A DNA stretch of 64,000 bases from Macrostomum lignano (Eukaryota): assembly GCA_002269645.1 (NCBI GenBank), contig NIVC01000322.1, positions 62,001-126,000 on the forward strand, read 5' to 3'. The notes beneath the pieces are model-generated. The model had not been told where the DNA came from, made no database searches, and saw only the letters and a program-made list of their open reading frames with translations. A program made the position numbers and the translations under genes. Shown piece after piece: positions 50,371 to 64,000 of the stretch. The stretch's first letter is position 1. Each line of letters opens with the position of its first letter.

Positions 50371-51321
50371 GTCCTTGAGAGTGAACTTAATCTGACAATG
50401 ACCTTGCTTGTTCTTTTTTGGTTGGTAGGTTTTCTTTTTTGTTGCAAGTTCGACTTTTCAACAATCGCCAAATGAGTCAGTCTAAGTTACTCATAGTAGT
50501 ACTAATTCGAACATGCTAAACTTTAAAATCTAGTGAAAAAAGGTTATATTTGACAGAAATAGGACACACGAAGAAGATTAAGAGTTGCTAGCTAAACTGC
50601 ATGCTTATTATACAACACACGTTCAATAAAACACAAAAATTAGGCTAAACAGAAGCTATGAAGAGTTTTTAATACTAAAAAACTCGAGTTGTTTACTCGT
50701 ATTTCTCGAGAGTAATATGTTTTTTTAATATCATAGCATAAAAATAAATTCTCTAAAAAGTATCACAGTGTGCTTTTCTATTCGAAAGTTTTAGCATCAT
50801 AAGATGAAATATCTAATCAACTAATTTTGAGGTTAATTCAAGTAAGCTATAAAACTAAAAACATCATAATTAAAAGGTTAAAACTATATTCAGCCTGAAA
50901 AAATGTTTTCTTTGCTTGAGTATCACACAACTATTTAAAATAAATAACTCATGTTTAAGAAAAAAACTCAGAAAAACTCAGAAGAAAAATAAACAAAAAT
51001 AGTAAAAGCACCCGCCAGATTTAAGTTGCCAACAATGTTTTGTTGCAAGCATTTTCTAATTTTTGTAGTAATACATGTAGATCAGAAATTTCATCTACCA
51101 ACCGTTATACCTGATCGCATATACCTTAACCTTTGTATCCAGTTATTAAAGTAGTTTTAAAGCTTCAAAAAAGCTTTAACAAAACCCCAAATCAATTCTA
51201 AAACTTTTCTGATCAACTTAAACCTGAATCCAATCCATAAAAGTTAAAAGTTGAAAACGTAATTCGTTTCTAAAACTCAGAACCAATTCAAATCCAGTGA
51301 AATTCACCCAGTATATCAAAT

Positions 51322-54300
51322 TCAGTCAGTTTCAGCCGCTCTGACGTCTCGGTTCCCTACGGCCGCATCCGAGTGCTCAGTAGTTTGCGTCTTCTGTCGT
51401 CGGCGTCTCTTCTTCTGTTTCTTCTCAAGCAGCTCTGTGATGCCTTTAATCTGGTCTTGTATGCCTTTTATGCTCGATTCCATGGAAATTATCTTTTCCA
51501 GTGTCGCGTTGGTGTCAGACTGCTGTCTCTGCACTTGAGGTCGACCGCTCAGGTCTTCCCGGCTAGATTGAGCTGTCAGATTTCTTTCCGGCCTGATGTC
51601 ATCTTGGGCGTCGTGACGTTTTAGCAGCGGTCGGCGGCTCGATCCGTCACCACTGCAAGCGATGTCGGCCAGCTTGTTGTCGAGGCCCTCCTCCAGCGAC
51701 TTCAGTTCCTTCCGGCTCCAGTCCGGGTCGGTCAGCAGTTTCGGTCGGATCCGGCGGAACTGCATGGCTTGAAAGCGGAGAAACCTAAGGTAGCGCTCTG
51801 GGTAGTTCTTAGGGGTGAGCCACCATTTCTAAAAAAGGAAATTGTCGTAACGAGACAGTGAAAAAATGATATAAATACCGACACAAGTGACAAGTTTATA
51901 ATGGGTTAACTGGGATGTGGTAGTAGATAGATACACGCACCTTATTGTTGTTCTCGTCTTCAGCTCCGTGAGGGCTGATTTTGGTTTGGCAGCAAAAGCA
52001 GTCGCTGAGCATCTTATAGATGTAGTAGAGGCAGGACAGAGGAGGCGGCACGGGACTGAGGCTCTCGTACTCTCGTAGCATAGAAAAGTAGGTCTTGCGC
52101 CAGATCCCCAAGGCTTCGTTGGCCATGCGGCTGACTCGAAGGTTGAACAGAGCAATCAGCAGGTTCAGCATAACAATGTTCACGAGCCCCATGAATAGGA
52201 ACAGCATCAGATTCTCGAACACGCCGATGCCCTGCACGTGAGCAGTCTTGCCGATGGTAACGTTGGTCAGCGATGGCGGGTTGAAGTCGATTTTGTCGAA
52301 ATTCGTAAACAAAATGTTAAACGGCAAAGTCATAACTTGAGTGAACGCGTCCCATCCGTACCAACTGCTGTTATATTTTTTCGAAGTCGTGTCCGTACTG
52401 GTCACCGGGAAAAGCAGGTTGAAGAAGAACACTCCAAAAGCGTAAATAAACACAGAAATGATGGCCATAAACGGGGCCAGATCGTTAAACAGCAGACTCC
52501 ACAGCATTGATACGATCGGCCCGATGACTCCCGAGTAGCTGAGGAAATGCACCCAGCGAAACATCAGCAGTCCGAAGGCGATGGTGAAGACCATCTGGGA
52601 GGGGTAGGCCTCTTGCAGAGGTCGATGCAATGCCAGCAGAGCCCACTTCCAAGCCAGGCCAACTATCATCGCCAAGATCACAGTGCAGTCGAAAAAGTTG
52701 AGCACCTCTTCGCAATAGTTCGGGCATCTGCAAATGTGTGCTTCGCCAATAAGGTAAGTTCGAATCTTCTTCCGCCTGCGCATGTCGATAATCTCCTGCA
52801 TGGTGAAGCTGATGGTGAACAGGACAATCACAATGTCGGAGTACCAGCCGGATTCGAAGCTTCTCTTGAAGTCGATAACGTACCAAGTAAAGAACAAGGT
52901 GAACGCTCCGAAAGATGCGCAATGGAGCCAAAATTTTGATAGCGGAGAGAACGAACGGTACAGAAAACTTCGAGAATTACTCGCCTCTGGTCCTGATGGA
53001 TTGGAATTTTGATGCTGCGGCTGTTGCTGCTGACTCTCCTCTCCGCAACAGCTGGGTTCGCGTCCTTGCTCGAAGTTTTTCTGTGCCAGGTTGAAGATAC
53101 AGTCGGTAGCAAACAGCTCATTGCAATTGGCCATTTCTATCATGGCAATGATGGTGCCCTGTTTTACCACGCCTTTCTCATTTCTGAAAGGAAACAACGG
53201 ACCCTTGACGCCCTTCTCGTCAGCGATTCGGCCTTGAATATAGTCGAAAAGCAGCTTTCTTTCGTCGGCGTCTGCGCTAGCAAACAACTCGTCGAGAGCG
53301 TTCACAGCGATGCTCAGTATTTTCTCGTGCAGCTGCTGCAACTTTGCATGCTTGCCGCGCGCCTTGGCTCGCATCTTGAGTATTTTCGGGCCCAGCTCAA
53401 CCAGCAAGCTGATGCTGGCAGGAATTAGCTCGAACTGACGAGTGAGAACCAGGTCAGGAAGAATCTCGTCCTTCTTGAAGAATGCAGCCATGTCGATGAT
53501 CAGCAGCTCAGAGGACAAATCAAACCGCTCACGGCTGCAAAATTTCTGCTGCCGAGGGAAGTGCTTGGCGGCGCTTGGTTCTTGAATCTTCTCAATGAGA
53601 TATTCAAACATTGCTGCTCCAATATTTGACGTGATGATATCGATTCGCAGGGCACTGCGCAAAATTTTGACCGAGTCCAACTCGATGGTCTTGAAGAGAA
53701 TCTCGCTGTCACGCTTACGGCGCCAGAGCGTCTCTGATTTTGGCTGCGGAGCGGAGAAATCCTTGTTATGATCGGCGACCGAAGTCAGCAACCTTTGAGC
53801 CGTTCGTCGGTCAGGAAGCTTTATCGATCGGCGAGCTGGGTCAATCAGCAGCAGAATTTCTGCATCTGGGGATTCCACCGCTGTCAGGAGTGCATCAGAG
53901 TCTTGCGCTCCATTGTTCTCACTTGTTTCTGTTTGTTTTTTGGAGAGTTCCTCGTAGAAGTTTTTTACTGCCTTTTCAGTTGTCTCCAGAGTTCCACGAT
54001 CGATCGCGAAGTCGATGCAAGACATACCGGCCTCCGTAAACTTTTGAAGCCTGAGGCCGTTTGATAGCAGATACCTAATGTTGGCCGTTTGGCCTCCTTC
54101 GCAGGCGAAATGGAGGCAGGTTGCGTTCTTGTTGGAGCCTTTTGGCACCGTCAGTTTCAGCAGCTCTGCATCCTTCTTATCAGACAATTCTGCCAGGGGT
54201 TGGATTATTTGCTTCAAATCGTACCTACTAGCAAATGTGTGCACGACATGCAAACTGTTTGAGCTGTAAAGCAATTTAACGAAATGTTCTTTGTAGCTGT

Positions 54301-55632
54301 GTGTCTTAGCTGCCTCATGGAGAACTTCGCGCAGCATAGTAGGATGCAGCTCTGCCGCGTGGAGACAATTTTGGCCCAGCTTGTTTTCCGCTTTGAGATC
54401 GACGTGTTTGCGAATCTCATCAAATTTTAGAAAGAAATCCGTCACTTTTTTGGATAAGTCGTCAGCTTTCACCTCGGTTCGATAGCACTTGAATAAATAA
54501 TGCAGCATGGTGTTTTTAAAGGTGTCAAGTTGGTACTTTTCTCTCGTTGGAGCTTGCTTTGGCACATTGGAACCGAAGACATCAAGAGCCAGACGGAAAG
54601 GCGATTGCCATCTTTCATTCAGCCGGAAAACAATTGCCCCATCATTTTGCTTTTGGATCGCAGCCTTTAGCACTGCGTCTGTACTTTGCCTATCTTTGTT
54701 GCTCCTAGCTACCACATGCAGACACATGTCACCGTTGCTGTCTTTCATCTCGATAACGGCATTGTCAACCGCTTCGATTAGAACTTTGCCCGTGTCAGGA
54801 TTGCAGTTGTACATGGCATAGTGTAGCACAGTTTGTTGGCTTTTGTTTTTCCAAGCCAAGCATTTATTTCCGAGCAGCTTCACAGCGTCCTCGAGAATTG
54901 AGCCTTTCTCTTTGCCTAAAGCTGCCACATGGAGACAGGTGTTACCGTTAGAATCTCCAGGTTCAAGAAGAGCACGAAGCCAATTTTTTTAATTAAATTC
55001 TTGGATAAGTGGCCGCAGAGTTTTGGCGGTGCACTTTTCCATGGCAATGTGCAACGGAGTCTGCAATAAATTGTTTTTATCGACGAGGCACGCGGTACTG
55101 AGTTGGATTTGATTGAATTCAGAACTTTTTCGCAGAAAGCCCCAAAGGCATTTGGATTTTTAGCTGCGCTGTGGGCGGCTGTGTTGCCATCTACGTCCTT
55201 GTGACTCAGGCAAGAAAGTTCTACACCGCTCAGTAACTGCTCAGCGGTTTCTGATCTGCAGTGCTCCAGTGCCAACTGCAATGGTGTCTCACTCCTGTCA
55301 TTCGCATGCGTCAGGCAGGCCAAGGAATTTGTCATGGCAACTACTTCAAGAATAACATCGTCATTTGTACGATTTCGAGCAGCATAGTGGGCGGCTGTAT
55401 TGTCATAAAAATCGCGCGTTGACAAGTTCGAAGCTCTCACTATGTGAACTCCGCTAGCCTTCCAATCCTCCCGAGAGAAGGTCATAGCAGAGAGCTGCAG
55501 TGGTGTGGCTCCATTACTGTTTGCTTTGAGCAGTACTGCAGTTCCGAGTGAGCTGACTGCGTCAATAAAATGTTTTGGACCGTTTTCAGGGTCCATTGCT
55601 GCTTTGTGAAGGTCAACAGCTGGATTGGTCAT
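51322..55632 (-). CDS. Ankyrin-repeat TRPM-like cation channel (about 1400 aa if repaired); exons 55632..51941 and 51828..51322; frameshift near 55120 and in-frame TAA at 54991-54989
   Basis: About 14 ANK-like repeats, an MHR4-like helical region, then S1-S6 (SPLSKFW, LNFFDC, IGPIVSM, NIVMLNLLIALF), TRP helix (IWRKTY..EYESLSPVPPP) and a C-terminal coiled coil. The phase-0 intron AAG|GTGCGT...TTTAG|AAA joins in frame. Confidence 0.85.
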
Positions 55633-55811
55633 CTCGATGGTCTTGGATTGAGCGGATCAGCTGGTTTCGTTTGTAACCTACTGAATTATAAAAAGCAATT
55701 ATTTGTATATGATTCGTTAAAACAAAATTTAAAATAATTTCTTAAATGGTATTTAGTGCGACTTAATTACTTTTTTGCTTGGCTTGACTTGAGCAGAAAT
55801 CACCCGGTAAA

Positions 55812-56100
55812 CAGCATTCCGTAGACAGCAACCCATAGACAGCAGCCCGTAGACAGCACCCCGGAGACAGCACCCCGGACACAGCACTCCGTAGACAGCA
55901 CCCCGGAGACAGCACCCCGGACACAGCACCCCGTAGACAGTACCTCGTAGACAGCACCCCATAGACAGCACCCCATAGACAGCACCCCGTAGACAGCACC
56001 CCATAGACAGCACCCCATAGACAGCACCCCATAGACAGCACCCCATAGACAGCACCCCATAGACAGCACCCCGTAGACAGCACCCCATAGACAGCACCTC
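55812..56100. repeat. 14-bp minisatellite (AGCACCCCATAGAC) upstream of the TRP gene
   Basis: Period 55981 to 55995. Confidence 0.93.
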
Positions 56101-56904
56101 GAGGAAGACTGCACTCTAAAGATGTACAGCACTCTAAATTCAGCACTTCTAAGACAGAACTCGCTCACTGGCAACATGCAGAGCATCAGACAGCAAAGAG
56201 AACAATCTTGACCCATTTTAATCTTACCCCTTCCAAATCGAAATCTCATCTCCAACTGTAATAATCTACGTATACAAGTACAAATATTATATAACAGATC
56301 GTACATCAAAGGAGGGGTTGTCCTACCACTTCAAAGTACATACGGTCATTGATAGGGTAGTATCGAGTATAAAAATATTGCATATCTGATCGTTTGTCTC
56401 GTGCATGTGCATTTACTACAACAACATCTAATACTATTATTTATTGCCAAAGAAAACAATTAATAAGACTATTTCATAACTTACAGCTGGAAAGTCCTGG
56501 CAGTTGAGCTCCTTGTTTACCATAAACTCGTGAAAAAATATTAAAAACAGAATATTCTCTGCGACAAAAACGAAACCCAATAAAACTTGCTGCTCATCTA
56601 TTTTATGGAGTGCCGCGAGGGTCTGCCTCAAACTGTACGGTTGGTTGGTAAAGACTCGGTCCTGCCTCTCTACAATAGAAAAACCAGCAATATGAGACCT
56701 CTGTACACATAGCCAAGGACAAGTAGCTAGCAGATGCTAAAAATAGTTCAAACCACGTACTCAGGTCTCTCACTGGTGGCCTGATTCTTTCGAATCTGAA
56801 ACTAAACTCAAGCAGTGTCTAAAATTATCTATCTTTAGTAGCTAATTTATTTTGAGTCAATTGGAATTGCAAAGTGTGATAGAATTCTACTAACGCTTCA
56901 GACA

Positions 56905-58305
56905 CTAAAAGTCACTGAGACGCTTCAGACACTAAAAAACACCCCAGACACTCAAATTCACCAAGACGCTTTAGTCTGGCCTCAGCCTTCCAAAGTCTCC
57001 GAGACGCTTCAGACACTCAAAATCTACTAGACGCTTCAGTCACTCAAGTCACTAAGACGCTGCAGTCACCCAAAGTCACCAAGACGCTTCAGTCAACTCA
57101 AAGTCACCAAGACGCTGCAGTCAACTCAAAGTCACCAAGACGCTTCAGTCAACTCAAAGTGACCAAGACGCTTCAGTCAACTCAAAGTGACCAAGACGCT
57201 TCAGTCAACTCAAAATCACCAAGACGCTGCAGTCAACTCAAAGTCACCAAGATGCTTCAGTCAACTCAAAGTCACCAAGATGCTTCAGTCAACTCAAAGT
57301 CACCAAGATGCTTCAGTCAACTCAAAGTCACCAAGACGCTTCAGTCAACTCAAAGTCACCAAGACGCTTCAGTCACTCAAGTCACTAAGACGCTGCAGTC
57401 ACCCAAAGTCACCAAGACGCTTCAGTCAACTCAAAGTCACCAAGACGCTTCAGTCAACTCAAAGTCACCAAGATGCTTCAGTCACTCAAGTCACTAAGAC
57501 GCTGCAGTCACCCAAAGTCACCAAGACGCTTCAGTCAACTCAAAGTCACCAAGACGCTTCAGTCAACTCAAAGTCACCAAGATGCTTCAGTCAACTCAAA
57601 GTCACCAAGATGCTTCAGTCAACTCAAAGTCACCAAGACGCTTCAGTCACTCAAAGTCACCAAGACGCTTCAGTCACTCAAGTCACTAAGACGCTGCAGT
57701 CACCCAAAGTCACCAAGACGCTTCAGTCAACTCAAAGTCACCAAGACGCTTCAGTCAACTCAAAGTCACCAAGACGCTTCAGTCAACTCAAAGTCACCAA
57801 GATGCTTCAGTCAACTCAAAGTCACCAAGATGCTTCAGTCAACTCAAAGTCACCAAGACGCTTCAGTCACTCAAAGTCACCAAGACGCTTCAGTCACTCA
57901 AGTCACTAAGACGCTGCAGTCACCCAAAGTCACCAAGACGCTTCAGTCAACTCAAAGTCACCAAGACGCTTCAGTCAACTCAAAGTCACCAAGACGCTTC
58001 AGTCACTCAAGTCACTAAGACGCTGCAGTCACCCAAAGTCACCAAGACGCTTCAGTCAACTCAAAGTCACCAAGACGCTTCAGTCAACTCAAAGTCACCA
58101 AGATGCTTCAGTCACTCAAGTCACTAAGACGCTGCAGTCACCCAAAGTCACCAAGACGCTGCAGTCAACTCAAAGTCACCAAGACGCTTCAGTCACTCAA
58201 AGTCACCAAGACGCTTCAGTCAACTCAAAGTCACCGAGACGCTGCAGTCAACTCAAAGTCACCAAGACGCTTCAGTCACTCAAAAGCACCGAGACGCTTC
58301 AGACA
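56905..58305. repeat. ~28-bp minisatellite (GTCACCAAGACGCTTCAGTCAACTCAAA) with higher-order structure
   Basis: Read directly; 26-27-bp variant units recur periodically. Confidence 0.96.
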
Positions 58306-58617
58306 TTAAAAGTCCAAGTAGCACATTTTCCATGCACATAAAATCTGTATCTGTGTAAACGTATTAGCGTACCATTCAAATAGAACTATATAAAGCCTTT
58401 ATTTTAACAATTTTTGGCACCAAAATATGAATTACTTTAGTTTCTCGATCGTTGCATTGATAAGAAAAATGATATAGTTTAATGTTAGCTCATAAAAAGA
58501 CAACTGGAACTAATTAAAAATCCTGTCAGGGAGCAAATCTGCGTGTCGATCATGCGGACATTCTTTTTAAGACAAAGATAAAATGCAGCAGCATAAGTCA
58601 GAAAAGAATATTCTGTT

Positions 58618-64000
<5,383 letters not shown>

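Noticed and set aside
55103-55130. 28-nt GT..AG segment as a micro-intron repairing the TRP frameshift
   Set aside because: Removing it leads to the wrong frame and an early TAA
57159-58309. Mucin-like TKTLQSTQSHQD ORFs
   Set aside because: 28-bp minisatellite (not a multiple of 3), so the frames rotate

Overview
Eukaryotic (animal) genomic DNA: spliced genes, minisatellite-filled introns and decayed retroelements. The repeat-filled introns and gene set suggest a free-living flatworm such as Macrostomum; this is an inference, not verified. I rebuilt exon-intron structures by hand from GT-AG sites and reading-frame phase. The genes are: the 3' part of a coiled-coil protein (+), an innexin (-), a divergent ETS transcription factor (+), an ankyrin-array/Mab-21 (cGAS-like receptor, cGLR) fusion of about 1225 aa (+), a 10-exon STIM with a degenerate EF-hand (-), a frameshifted F-type lectin domain (+), an ankyrin-repeat TRPM-like channel with 5' lesions (-), and PIG-W (-, running off the window). 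Most long ORFs in the supplied track are artefacts of simple repeats. Best candidate for a new system: the cGLR, with apparently intact nucleotidyltransferase motifs, seven near-identical 33-aa repeats that vary at putative binding-face positions, and a possibly newly gained C-terminal membrane anchor.
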